NCBI GenBank assembly: GCA_041665485.1
Contig: JBAYIT010000005.1
Span: 1,974-65,973, forward strand
From: Candidatus Shapirobacteria bacterium
Lineage (GTDB): Bacteria; Patescibacteriota; Microgenomatia; UBA12405
DNA length: 64,000 nt
Direction of reading: 5' to 3'
Under the pieces are notes generated by a model. The model made no database searches. It worked only from the letters and a program-made list of their open reading frames with translations, and had not been told where the DNA came from. This document shows, one piece after another, positions 48,782 to 58,352 of this stretch (positions within the stretch are counted from its first letter, which is position 1; each line of letters starts with the position of its first letter). The position numbers and the translations under genes are program-made.

Positions 48782-48851
48782 AACAAAAATGGGGACGATT
48801 CCGCCCCCATTCCGCCGCTTCAGATTAAATTCTTAGATAGGAGGATTATAA
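48782..48851 (-). promoter_or_regulatory. nusA promoter and terminator-like leader hairpin
   Basis: TGtTATAAT; AATGGGG...CCCCATT followed by TTTGTTG, resembling the rimP/nusA leader attenuator. Confidence 0.55.
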
Positions 48852-48870
48852 CACCGCCAGAGCTTTAAAA

Positions 48871-49734
48871 CTACAAAGCCAATTCCTTGAGTAAATCTTT
48901 TTGCCGAGAATTCAAACGGGTGGGGATGGTAACGAGAAGACGGATATAGAGATCGCCAACACCATAGCCGTTAACATCCCGAATCCCTTGCCCTTTAAGG
49001 CGAATAAGAGTGTGGGGTTGAGTGCCGGGTTTAACCCGAACTTTGAGGGGACCAGAAAGGGTGGGAACTTCAATGTCGGCGCCAAGAGTGGCGGTCCCAA
49101 AACTGATTTCTTGATTAACAAAAACATCGTTGCCGTCGCGCTTAAAAATTTTATCAGGGAGAACATTAATATAAAGAATAAAGTCGGAAAACTTAATTCT
49201 TTGACCATCATCAACGCCGGCAGGGATTTTAATACTTTTAGTTTTACCGTCGATACTAACCTCTTTTTGACAACCTTTAGCGGCATCTAAAAAAGAAATA
49301 TCAACCCGATAGGTGGCCAATTGCTGTTGGCGCCGGCCACCGTTGAAGTTACCACCACCGCCAAAAAATTGCTCAAAAATATCAAAGGGATTACTAAAAC
49401 CACCAAAGTCAAAATCGGCATTGCCAAAAGGGCTACCACCGCCACTACTCCAGGTGTAGGAGAAGGGGCCGTTTTGGTCGGTATAAGTGTGGCCACCAAA
49501 TCCGCCAGAGCTTGGGTCAAAAGCAGCGTGGCCGAATTGATCGTAGGCACCCTTCTTTTGATCGTTACTTAAAACTTCATAGGCCTCGTTGATTTCTTTA
49601 AATTTTTCCTCAGCGTCGGGCGATTTATTGCGGTCAGGGTGCCACTCGAGGGCTTTTTTGCGATAGGCGCTTTTAATATCCTCTTTCGAGGCCGATTTAG
49701 TTACTCCCAAAACATCATAAAAATCGGGTTTCAT
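48871..49734 (-). CDS. dnaJ: DnaJ chaperone (no zinc finger)
   Basis: J domain with HPD, G/F region, C-terminal domain; no CxxCxGxG repeats. Confidence 0.92.
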   Translation of the reverse strand: MKPDFYDVLGVTKSASKEDIKSAYRKKALEWHPDRNKSPDAEEKFKEINEAYEVLSNDQKKGAYDQFGHAAFDPSSGGFGGHTYTDQNGPFSYTWSSGGGSPFGNADFDFGGFSNPFDIFEQFFGGGGNFNGGRRQQQLATYRVDISFLDAAKGCQKEVSIDGKTKSIKIPAGVDDGQRIKFSDFILYINVLPDKIFKRDGNDVFVNQEISFGTATLGADIEVPTLSGPLKVRVKPGTQPHTLIRLKGQGIRDVNGYGVGDLYIRLLVTIPTRLNSRQKDLLKELAL

Positions 49735-51638
49735 TATTTGACGATTTCGCCTTCTTCGGCGTCCTTTTTATCCTCGGGCTTTTTGTCGTCCGATTTTGAC
49801 TCTTCAGTGGAGCCTGCTGAAGGCCCGGTTTGACCGGGCTGGGAATAAACCGCTTGGCCGACGGTTTGAAGAATTTGACCTAATTCTTCACTGAATTTGT
49901 CCATTTCGTCTTTTTTGACGTCAGTTTTAGTAAGTAATTCCCGGCCGGCTTTAAGTTTCTCCTCGATTTTGTCTTTGTCTTCTGGCTTGACCTTATCGGC
50001 AAAATCTTTAAGAGTTTTTTCGCCGGAGAAAATAGTTGCATCAAGTTTGTTGCGACTTTCAGCTAGGCCACGTTTTTCTTCATCGTCCCGAGCGTGAGCC
50101 TCGGCATCTTTTTTCATCCTCTCGACTTCTTCTTCGGAAAGATTGGTGGCATTTTGAATAGTAATTTTTTGTTCTTTACTAGTTCCCTTGTCTTTAGCGG
50201 AAACAGAAAGGATTCCATTACTATCAATGTCAAAAGTTACCTCAATTTGGGGTGTACCACGAGCCGCGGGAGCAATGCCATCAAGAATAAAACGGCCGAG
50301 AGATTTGTTGTCGGCACTCATGGGACGTTCCCCCTGAAGAACGTTTATCTCTACTTGGGGCTGATTATCAGAATAAGTAGTGAAGACTTGCGATTTTTTG
50401 GTGGGAACGGTGGTATTACGGTCGATAAGAGGTGTTCTAACCCCACCGGCGGTTTCAATACCTAATGTTAGTGGGGTAACGTCGAGCAAGACAATATCTT
50501 TAACTTCGCCAGTTAAGACTGCCCCTTGAACAGCGGCGCCAATAGCAACAACCTCATCTGGGTTAACAGTGGTGTCAAGATCTTTGCCAAAAAAGTTTTT
50601 GACGACCTCGAGAACCTTGGGCATGCGGGTCATTCCCCCAACCATAACAATATCACTGATGTCTGATTTAGAAACACCGGCGTCTTTAAGGCATTTCTCA
50701 ACCGGAGTAATGGTCTTTTGAATCAAGTCGTCAACCAACTTTTCCATTTCCGAACGAGTCAACTTGACCGTTAAGTGAAGTGGCTGTCCATCTTTTTGGG
50801 TAATAAAGGGCAAATTGATTTCAGTCTCGGCAGTGCTACTTAACTCAATTTTGGCTTTCTCGGCGGCTTCACGAATACGCTGGAGAGCTTGAGGATCTTT
50901 ACTTAAATCAACACCGTGCTCTTTTTGAAAATTATCGAGAAGCCAGGAAGAGATTCTTTGATCAAAGTCGTCGCCACCCAAGAAAGTATCACCATTGGTA
51001 GCCTTGACTTCAAAGATGCCATCACCGATTTCAAGAATAGAAATATCAAAAGTGCCTCCACCAAGATCATAAACAGCCACAATACCTTTCTTTTTCTTGT
51101 CGAGGCCATAGGCCAGAGCGGCGGCGGTGGGCTCGTTGACAATTCTTTCTACTTTAAGACCAGCAATTTCGCCAGCTTGTTTGGTGGCTTGGCGTTGGGA
51201 ATCATCAAAGTAAGCCGGAACAGTAATAACAGCACTATCAACTCTTTCACCAAGATATTTTTCAGCATCGGCTTTGGCTTTTTGAAGAATCATGGCGGAA
51301 ATTTCTTGAGGAGTGTAAATCTTACCGCCAATCTCAACAACGGCGGTTTTGTCCTTACCGGAAACAATTTTATAGGAAGCGATTTTTTTGGTTTTTTCGA
51401 CTTCCGGATCGTCAAAACGGCGACCCATCAGGCGTTTTATACTAAAGATAGTATTTTGAGAATTAAGCACCATTTGCCGTTTGGCCAGGTCTCCGACGAG
51501 TTTTTTGATCGGCTCGACAACTGAAGGGATGGTGTTACGACCTTCAGAACTTAAAATAACTTTTGGAACGCCGCCTTCCATAACAGCGACACAGGAGTTG
51601 GTGGTACCTAAATCGATACCAATTATTTTGTTAGACAT
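49734..51638 (-). CDS. dnaK: Chaperone DnaK
   Basis: [23 protein letters not shown]. Confidence 0.99.
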   Translation of the reverse strand: MSNKIIGIDLGTTNSCVAVMEGGVPKVILSSEGRNTIPSVVEPIKKLVGDLAKRQMVLNSQNTIFSIKRLMGRRFDDPEVEKTKKIASYKIVSGKDKTAVVEIGGKIYTPQEISAMILQKAKADAEKYLGERVDSAVITVPAYFDDSQRQATKQAGEIAGLKVERIVNEPTAAALAYGLDKKKKGIVAVYDLGGGTFDISILEIGDGIFEVKATNGDTFLGGDDFDQRISSWLLDNFQKEHGVDLSKDPQALQRIREAAEKAKIELSSTAETEINLPFITQKDGQPLHLTVKLTRSEMEKLVDDLIQKTITPVEKCLKDAGVSKSDISDIVMVGGMTRMPKVLEVVKNFFGKDLDTTVNPDEVVAIGAAVQGAVLTGEVKDIVLLDVTPLTLGIETAGGVRTPLIDRNTTVPTKKSQVFTTYSDNQPQVEINVLQGERPMSADNKSLGRFILDGIAPAARGTPQIEVTFDIDSNGILSVSAKDKGTSKEQKITIQNATNLSEEEVERMKKDAEAHARDDEEKRGLAESRNKLDATIFSGEKTLKDFADKVKPEDKDKIEEKLKAGRELLTKTDVKKDEMDKFSEELGQILQTVGQAVYSQPGQTGPSAGSTEESKSDDKKPEDKKDAEEGEIVK

Positions 51639-51654
51639 ACTTGTTTAATTAATT

Positions 51655-51791
51655 TAATAACCAATAACCAAAAAACAATTTCCAAACAATTTCCAATTTT
51701 TCAAATTACAATGACCAAACTGTTTGAAATATTGAATATTGGTCATTGGGTATTGTTTGGAGTACTTGTAATTTGGTCATTGGTGATTGGA
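51655..51791. repeat. Heptamer-built inverted-repeat element overlapping the grpE 3' end
   Basis: caataac/caatttc/caatgac units facing ggtcatt/ggtgatt units. Confidence 0.75.
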
Positions 51792-52207
51792 GTTGTTGGC
51801 TTCTTACCAACAACGACCTGGGCTGGGCGGAGGCAGTGGCCATTGAGAAGATAGCCCCGTTTATTAACTTTAATAACTTCATTTTCGGGCCCAGAAGCAG
51901 TGGCGATACACTCCATATTTTCGGCATTAAATGGCTCGTTAATGGCTTTAATTTCAGTCAAGCCTTCGGAGACAAGAACGGTAGCAAATTTATCGATGGC
52001 AATTTTAAGGCCGGGATCTTTTAAGTGGTCGAAGGCCAAATAAAGATCGTCGAGGATATCGATCATTTTACTAATGATGGCCGTAGCTGTCAGGGTAACA
52101 AAGAGCTGACGTTGGGACTCAATTCTTTTTTCGAGGTTGGCATAATCAGCCAACGATCTCTTTAGTTTTTCGGTTAATTCTTGATTTTGTAATTTAAGGT
52201 TGGCCAT
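51743..52207 (-). CDS. grpE: Nucleotide exchange factor GrpE
   Basis: RSLADYANLEKR, RGYLLNGHCLRPAQVVV. Confidence 0.95.
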   Translation of the reverse strand: MANLKLQNQELTEKLKRSLADYANLEKRIESQRQLFVTLTATAIISKMIDILDDLYLAFDHLKDPGLKIAIDKFATVLVSEGLTEIKAINEPFNAENMECIATASGPENEVIKVNKRGYLLNGHCLRPAQVVVGKKPTTPITNDQITSTPNNTQ

Positions 52208-52214
52208 AATGGAT

Positions 52215-52955
52215 TTAACTGGTAATAGTGCAAATTAATTCAGCAAAATAATCAACGACCGGGATTATTCGCTGATAATGTACCCTGGCCGGGCCAACAA
52301 CGCCAAGAATTCCCCGATGAGGCCCCGATTGATAAGTTTGATAAACAAAACCACAGGGCTCAAGGTGTTCAACTCCCAGATCTTCGCCGATAAGAAGATG
52401 GATTAACTTCTCCTGGGCAATATCATCAGCAACCGTCGATTTATTGACAATGTCATACCAAAAGGAAGAATTATCAATAAGCGAGAGAACGGTTTTGGTG
52501 ACATCGATATTATAAAATTCCGGCTGTTCTAAAAGATTAGAGGCGCCGAAACTGTAGATTTGACCTTGATCGATAGTGGCAATGGCCAGAGACCGTGTTC
52601 GGCTGGCTAATTCACGGGTAGTTTCCTGAAGAAGACGATCAAATTCATTGCGATAGTCCCAGACTTTTTCTTTAACACCGATTTCTTCGGAAACCTGAAG
52701 CGATTTAGGAGTCATCAGGTTACGAACATAGTATTTAAGACCAATTGAAGTTGGGCACCGGCCGGAAGAAGAGTGACTTTTTTTAAGGTAGCCAAGTTCG
52801 GTCAAAGAGGCCATTTCGTTACGAATAGTGGCTGAGGAAACACCGAGATTAAATTTTTTCTCAAGGTTTTCTGAGCCGACGGCTTCGGCGGTGTTGATGA
52901 ATTCCTCAACAACACATTTTAAAATTTTTATTTGGCGCTGGGTTAAATCCGGCAT
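52215..52955 (-). CDS. hrcA: Heat-inducible repressor HrcA
   Basis: LTQRQIKIL, VSSATIRNEMASL, HSSSGRCPT, GVVGPARVHY. Confidence 0.95.
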   Translation of the reverse strand: MPDLTQRQIKILKCVVEEFINTAEAVGSENLEKKFNLGVSSATIRNEMASLTELGYLKKSHSSSGRCPTSIGLKYYVRNLMTPKSLQVSEEIGVKEKVWDYRNEFDRLLQETTRELASRTRSLAIATIDQGQIYSFGASNLLEQPEFYNIDVTKTVLSLIDNSSFWYDIVNKSTVADDIAQEKLIHLLIGEDLGVEHLEPCGFVYQTYQSGPHRGILGVVGPARVHYQRIIPVVDYFAELICTITS

Positions 52956-52956
52956 A

Positions 52957-52993
52957 TTAGCAATATGATAAGCCGACTGCTAAAGAGTGTCAA
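52957..52993 (-). promoter_or_regulatory. CIRCE operator overlapping the sigma70 promoter of hrcA
   Basis: TTAGCAGTC-N9-TATTGCTAA (consensus TTAGCACTC-N9-GAGTGCTAA) within TTGACA-17-TATCAT. Confidence 0.88.
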
Positions 52994-54168
52994 GGTAGCA
53001 AACTTGGTTCAGAAAGATTTTGGACTTTGTTGAGTTTGCCAACGATGTTACGGGATTTAGAAGATGCCGAATCAATGGCAGTACTGGCTTCGTGAAGCTT
53101 CTTTTGGGTTTTGTCCAGAAGTTCACCAAAGGTGCCAAATTCTTTACGAATAGATCCCAAAACTGCCCAAACTTCGGAAGATCTTTTTTCCACCGTTAGA
53201 ACCCGGAAGCCCATTTGGAGACTATTAAGCAAGGCAGTGATAGTGTTGGGGCCGGCGACAGTCACCCGATACTGGCGTTGGATAAAATCGATTAGAGACT
53301 GATTCTGAGTCACTTCGGCGTAAAGACCTTCAAGAGGTAAATAAAGAATGGCGAAATCAGTGGTGTGGGGTGGGTCGATGTATTTTTCAAAGATATATTT
53401 GGCTTCGCCCTTAACCCTATTTTCGAGAGCCTTGGCAACAACTTCAATTTGGGAAATATCGGCTGATTTTTGAATTTCTAGGAGGCGCTGATAGTCCTCA
53501 AGAGGGAATTTGGAATCGATTGGCAGCCAACATTGTTTTTCTCTATCGTCTTTGCCGGGGAGTTTGATGGCAAATTCAACCCGGTCATTACTGCCCGGTT
53601 TAACGGCAACGTTTTTGTCGTATTGTTCAGAAATTAAAATTTGTTCAAGTAGACTGCCAAGTTGGACTTCGCCCCAAGTTCCCCGAGTTTTAATATTGGT
53701 TAAGACGTTTCGAAGAGTATCAACACCAGTGGTTAAAGATTTAATTTCACCTAAGTTCTTGTAAACAGCCTCAAGTTGAAGACTAACTTGTTTGAAAGAT
53801 TCACCCAGTCTTTTTTCGAGAGTGTTTTGGAGTTTTTCATCAACAGTTAGCCTCATCTTTTCCAGGCTTTCGGAATTATCTTTTTGAATAAGTTCGAGAC
53901 GTTTTTCGATAGATTCCCGAACTTGGTTAAGGTTTTGGGTGATACCGAGAATTAATTGATCAAGTTTTTGAGAAAAATTATTAAAAGAAGCTCCTAACTC
54001 CTGGCGGTTTAAAGAAAATTCTTCTTTAATATTTTTTTCTAAGCGGTCGCCTGATTCAGTAATTTTCTTTTGAATTTCTTCGGAATTATTGGCCTGTTTT
54101 CTAGTAAAAATCACTGCCAAAACAGCAATGTTTAGAATAAGGGAAATGATGGTTAGGGTGAGGAGCAT
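52990..54168 (-). CDS. rmuC: DNA recombination protein RmuC
   Basis: KTRGTWGEVQL, LPIDSKFPLEDY, TTDFAILYLPLEGLYAE. Confidence 0.93.
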   Translation of the reverse strand: MLLTLTIISLILNIAVLAVIFTRKQANNSEEIQKKITESGDRLEKNIKEEFSLNRQELGASFNNFSQKLDQLILGITQNLNQVRESIEKRLELIQKDNSESLEKMRLTVDEKLQNTLEKRLGESFKQVSLQLEAVYKNLGEIKSLTTGVDTLRNVLTNIKTRGTWGEVQLGSLLEQILISEQYDKNVAVKPGSNDRVEFAIKLPGKDDREKQCWLPIDSKFPLEDYQRLLEIQKSADISQIEVVAKALENRVKGEAKYIFEKYIDPPHTTDFAILYLPLEGLYAEVTQNQSLIDFIQRQYRVTVAGPNTITALLNSLQMGFRVLTVEKRSSEVWAVLGSIRKEFGTFGELLDKTQKKLHEASTAIDSASSKSRNIVGKLNKVQNLSEPSLLP

Positions 54169-54174
54169 AGTATA

Positions 54175-54492
54175 TTATTTTATAAACTTTTTGACTTCTT
54201 GGTGGTCGCCGACAAAAACTAAAATTACTTGTTTTTCGGCATGAACAAGATAAAAAATACAGCGATAGCTCAAGTTTATACGAAACTCGCCAACTTCGTC
54301 GACTTGGTTAACTTTAAGGAACTTTTGGCTAACATTTAATTTCTTGATGTTAAGACTTGGGTATTTTGGATCGTTTGATAATAATTTAAGCTTTTGATCA
54401 AAACTCTTTTTTAAACCCTTGGGGATATTCTTGGCAAAGGACCTAGAAAATGATTTGTCAAAAAATACGCCGTAACTGGAATCAAAATTCAT
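54175..54492 (-). CDS. RelE/ParE-fold toxin
   Basis: FSRSFAK...LLSNDPKYPSLNIKKL...EFRINLSYRCIF...VGDH; overlaps the upstream antitoxin. Confidence 0.75.
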   Translation of the reverse strand: MNFDSSYGVFFDKSFSRSFAKNIPKGLKKSFDQKLKLLSNDPKYPSLNIKKLNVSQKFLKVNQVDEVGEFRINLSYRCIFYLVHAEKQVILVFVGDHQEVKKFIK

Positions 54493-55027
54493 AGGGAATG
54501 AGATTTTTTCTATTTACTAGCGGCAGTTTGTTTTCATCAATAGAGAGAGAATCACCATTATCATCAAAAAAAGTTTCGAGGGAAGAAAGTTTCTTGTCGA
54601 TTATTTGCCCCATTTTTTTGCCGTTACCGGTGGTAATACGGTAAGAATCGGTGGCATGGGACAGAGTAACTAGTTCGCTCTCACTAAGACTGGAATATTT
54701 TTCGATCAATGGATCAATGACTTGACCAACTTCTTTGGAGAGATTAATGGCTGGAGTTGAAGTTAGATGAACAAAATTACCGTCAATTTTAATTAACCCC
54801 CGCTTCTCCATGTTAGCCAACAATGATTTATAGTCGTGAATAACCGGACCGTAATTAATACCGGCGTAAGAGGCCGAAGATAGGTCTTGACCAGTTTTAA
54901 AACGGTAGCCAAACTCAACAAAAAAGGCAATTTTATTAAGCTTTAATTTGCCGCTTTGTTTAGGTTCGAGACGAGCAAGTAAATAAAGGAGATAATCCGA
55001 TGGGGAGAATTTGAATTTTGTAGTCAT
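54482..55027 (-). CDS. Panacea (SocA/DUF4065) domain antitoxin
   Basis: KLKLNKIAFF...YAGINYGPV...LVTLSH. Confidence 0.78.
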   Translation of the reverse strand: MTTKFKFSPSDYLLYLLARLEPKQSGKLKLNKIAFFVEFGYRFKTGQDLSSASYAGINYGPVIHDYKSLLANMEKRGLIKIDGNFVHLTSTPAINLSKEVGQVIDPLIEKYSSLSESELVTLSHATDSYRITTGNGKKMGQIIDKKLSSLETFFDDNGDSLSIDENKLPLVNRKNLIPYEF

Positions 55028-55050
55028 GGTTACATGGCGATTTAATTATA

Positions 55051-58000
55051 CTACTTAAACCACTTGCCCTCGAGGGAGTGTAGATGATCGGGGTCGGGGC
55101 AGGCGGGATTAATGGGAAACTCTAGGGCAGTTATTTTAGCGTAGGTGTCGGCAATAAGATTAGTGAGGTTTAACTCGTCTTCGGGTGTAATTTTAAAACT
55201 GGGACGGACAAATTGATCACGGCTATTTTTTTGAATAAAATCAATAGTACCGGTAAGATGGGTATACTTAAAGCTTTTACTTTGGTCAACTAATAATTTA
55301 TAAAAGACTAATTGGCGAAAGTAACTGCCATCGGGCCTTAGATCTTTGGATTTAGTGTCGGGATTGCCGGTTTTAAAATCAACAAGGTTAATTAGGCTGT
55401 CTGGCAATATCTCTATCTTATCTATTTTGCCAGTGATGGGAATGTTTTTAAGCTGAATATTGTAGCTCCTAAAATCTTTCTCACTAAAGCAGTTGGTGGA
55501 AAATTCTCTTTGATAGTGGTTATAGTAATCGGTAAGATGAAGTTTGCCGGTAACCAACAAATCATCATAGTCTTGTTTGACTAAATTTTCCCGGTAAAGA
55601 TTTTTTTGAAAAACGGCTAAAAATTGATCAAGATCAATAAGTTGGCCTGTATTTTTGTAAACAGAAAAAAGATAAGCCAAGCTTCCATGAACACTAGTAC
55701 CAAAAGAGAGGGGTTTAGATTTGGCCTTGGGAATTTTTAAGATAGTGTTGAAAAAAAAGCAGAGGGGGCATTTAAGGTAAGAGTTGAGGTGGGTAATATT
55801 GAAGCGATATTTTTGACTAAAGTAAGTAATTAAATAACCGGCGATATCAGGCTTGAGCGAGGTCAATGGCTTTAGGGTAAATTGGTTTTGGAGAGCCAGT
55901 TCTTCAACTTTTACGTCGGCTGATTTTATATCAAGTAGACTTTTGTCGATTTCACTTAAAAAACGGCTTTGGGGTTGCTCTCGGCCATCGGGGGTTTTGG
56001 TGGTGGAAGAAATATAAATCTGGTCTTTGGCCCGAGTGAGAGCGACGTAGAAAAGACGGCGATTTTCCTCAAGTTCTTCATCATAAAGGGCTTCGGTGAC
56101 TCCGGTTTCAATGATGCCGAGGGGGAGTTTGAGGAGATTTCTACCCCGTGATTCTTCCCAGTGGGAGGCGAGAGTTTTGATCAAAAAAACGTGTTCGAAT
56201 TCGAGACCTTTGGCCTTATGAACAGTTAAAAGATGAATCGATTTGGATGAATCTGACAAAAGCGGAGGAGAAACAAGAGAAATATTTTCTGATTGAAAAA
56301 TAGTAAGGCGAGCAACAATATCACCAAAGTTTAGATCGGAGTTGTTTTTAAACTCGGAGTAAAGCCGATCAAGTTGTTTTAAGAGATTTAGGTTTTGTTT
56401 TTTAAGGACTGATTTAACAAAACCAAATCGGCGGATAATTCGATTAAAATTTTCTTGTGATGAAAAATTATTTAGACGAAGATGGGCCTTTTTTATATTT
56501 ATAAATAATTTGGTCTTTTTTAGGAGTTTGTTTTTAAAGATACGGTAAACTTTTTTGTTTGAGTAGCCAATAAAATCAAAACACAGAACCCGACCCAAGA
56601 GATCTTGACTGTCGGGATTAATAACAAGACGAAAAAGATCGATAAGCTGGTTAATTTCGAGAGTGTTAAAGATATTAGCGCCAAAATCTTTTTGAAAATA
56701 GATTTCGTTTTGAGTCAGAACAGGAATCAGATCATCAAAGTCTTTATTGTTTCGAGCTAAAATAGCGATTTGATTAGGAAGAGTGCCGGAGGTGATTAAA
56801 TCTTTGATGGTCGAGATGATCCAAAAATTCTCTTCAGTGGCCGAGCCAGCCGTGAAAAGATTAATTGGATCGGGGTCAAAACCACGGGTGGGGACGAGAG
56901 TCTTGGCAATCCTATTTTGATTAAAATTAATTAATTGTTGGCTGGCATTGATGATTGAGTGATGACTACGATAATTATTTTTTAAGACAATATTCTGTGG
57001 AGAAAAATCTTGGGAAAACCGTTGAACATTTTCAACAGAGGCGCCCTGAAAACGAAAAATTGACTGATCGTCATCGCCAACAACAAAAATATTGGGTTGT
57101 GATTGATGGCTGGTGAGGAGACGAATAATTTGATTTTGAGCAGAGTTGGTGTCTTGATATTCATCAACCAAAATGTACTGATATCTTTCTTGATATTGAG
57201 ACAAAAGAGTGGGATTTTGGGAAAAAGAATTAATGACTTCAAGAATGAGATCATCAAAATCAAAACGGCGACGGACTAAAAGTTCCTGTTGGTACTGGGG
57301 GTAAAGAGAAACCAGTTCCAGTTGTTTTGGATAATTTTTTTGGCAGTCGTCACAAAAGGCGATAAAGGCTGATTTCATTAATTTTGGATTTATTAGATCC
57401 TTAAGAATGGCCGATATTTTAACCCGGTAGGCAGAGTTCAGATCGGGTATTTTAATAATTTGCTCAAAAATATCGGTGATTTGGGAATAGTTTTTTGGGT
57501 AGGCAGTGATTGATTTTAGTTGTTGATAAAAAGAAAAGGTTAAATCAAGAAAGTTTTTAGCCTGATTAACCAAAAGAGATAAGCTTTCTTTGGAAATATT
57601 TTCTTTTTTAAGGCTACTAATGGCAGAAATAATTTGTTCTTGATAATAGTAGGTATCAACCGGACTTTTGAGAGGGCTTTGAGGAGGAAGAGAGTCAATT
57701 AAGTGGCGGATAATTTGGATTTGTTCGATTTTGTCCAAAGGCTGGCTGTCAAACTGAAATCTAATGAAAAACTCGGGGTTGGACTTAATAATGGAAAAAC
57801 AAAGTGAGTGAAAGGTACCAATTTTGACCGAATGGGCGGTGGAACCAATAATTGACAGAAGCCGAGAACGCATATTTTGAGCGGCATTATCGGTAAAAGT
57901 TAAACAAAGGATAGAACTAGGATCGACTTGGGTTTCCAGTAAAATTTTGGCGACTCTTAGGGCAATAGTTTGAGTTTTGCCGGTGCCGGCTCCAGCAAAC

Positions 58001-58089
58001 ACCATTACTGGCCCTTCGATAGTGTCAACGGCCAGTTTTTGCTCAGGGTTGAGAGAGTTGTATAAATTTAAAAAATTTGTTTTGTCCAT
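55051..58089 (-). CDS. UvrD/PcrA-family helicase with C-terminal PD-(D/E)XK nuclease domain
   Basis: AGAGTGKT, VDEYQD, TVHKAKGLEF, LFYVALTRA; GKIDKIE...VDFKTG. Confidence 0.92.
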   Translation of the reverse strand: MDKTNFLNLYNSLNPEQKLAVDTIEGPVMVFAGAGTGKTQTIALRVAKILLETQVDPSSILCLTFTDNAAQNMRSRLLSIIGSTAHSVKIGTFHSLCFSIIKSNPEFFIRFQFDSQPLDKIEQIQIIRHLIDSLPPQSPLKSPVDTYYYQEQIISAISSLKKENISKESLSLLVNQAKNFLDLTFSFYQQLKSITAYPKNYSQITDIFEQIIKIPDLNSAYRVKISAILKDLINPKLMKSAFIAFCDDCQKNYPKQLELVSLYPQYQQELLVRRRFDFDDLILEVINSFSQNPTLLSQYQERYQYILVDEYQDTNSAQNQIIRLLTSHQSQPNIFVVGDDDQSIFRFQGASVENVQRFSQDFSPQNIVLKNNYRSHHSIINASQQLINFNQNRIAKTLVPTRGFDPDPINLFTAGSATEENFWIISTIKDLITSGTLPNQIAILARNNKDFDDLIPVLTQNEIYFQKDFGANIFNTLEINQLIDLFRLVINPDSQDLLGRVLCFDFIGYSNKKVYRIFKNKLLKKTKLFINIKKAHLRLNNFSSQENFNRIIRRFGFVKSVLKKQNLNLLKQLDRLYSEFKNNSDLNFGDIVARLTIFQSENISLVSPPLLSDSSKSIHLLTVHKAKGLEFEHVFLIKTLASHWEESRGRNLLKLPLGIIETGVTEALYDEELEENRRLFYVALTRAKDQIYISSTTKTPDGREQPQSRFLSEIDKSLLDIKSADVKVEELALQNQFTLKPLTSLKPDIAGYLITYFSQKYRFNITHLNSYLKCPLCFFFNTILKIPKAKSKPLSFGTSVHGSLAYLFSVYKNTGQLIDLDQFLAVFQKNLYRENLVKQDYDDLLVTGKLHLTDYYNHYQREFSTNCFSEKDFRSYNIQLKNIPITGKIDKIEILPDSLINLVDFKTGNPDTKSKDLRPDGSYFRQLVFYKLLVDQSKSFKYTHLTGTIDFIQKNSRDQFVRPSFKITPEDELNLTNLIADTYAKITALEFPINPACPDPDHLHSLEGKWFK

Positions 58090-58123
58090 GGATTAATTTA
58101 TAGTGGGCAGTGATATGTCCAGA

Positions 58124-58153
58124 CGAGATTGCTTCGCTACGCTCGCAATGACG
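58124..58153. repeat. REP-like element
   Basis: cgagattgcttcgctacgctcgcaatgacg, near-identical to 41153-41182. Confidence 0.85.
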
Positions 58154-58165
58154 TGGTTGTTTTAC

Positions 58166-58324
58166 CTATTTTACAAGACAGGGGGCGCCGGGTTGAGGAG
58201 ATGAAGGATGGCCGTGCATGGCCCAATAGCCATTACTACATACCCAAGTGTCTTCCGGAGTCATGACGCGGGCAAAAGAAACGAAGAGGATTATGAAAGC
58301 AATGATAAGGATAACTGGCCTCAT
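58166..58324 (-). CDS. 52-aa membrane-anchored Cys/Trp/His micro-protein (not in ORF track)
   Basis: MRPVILIIAFIILFVSFARVMTPEDTWVCSNGYWAMHGHPSSPQPGAPCLVK; TGtTATACT upstream. Confidence 0.7.
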   Translation of the reverse strand: MRPVILIIAFIILFVSFARVMTPEDTWVCSNGYWAMHGHPSSPQPGAPCLVK

Positions 58325-58352
58325 GGGCCTCATAAGTATAACAGAATAAACA

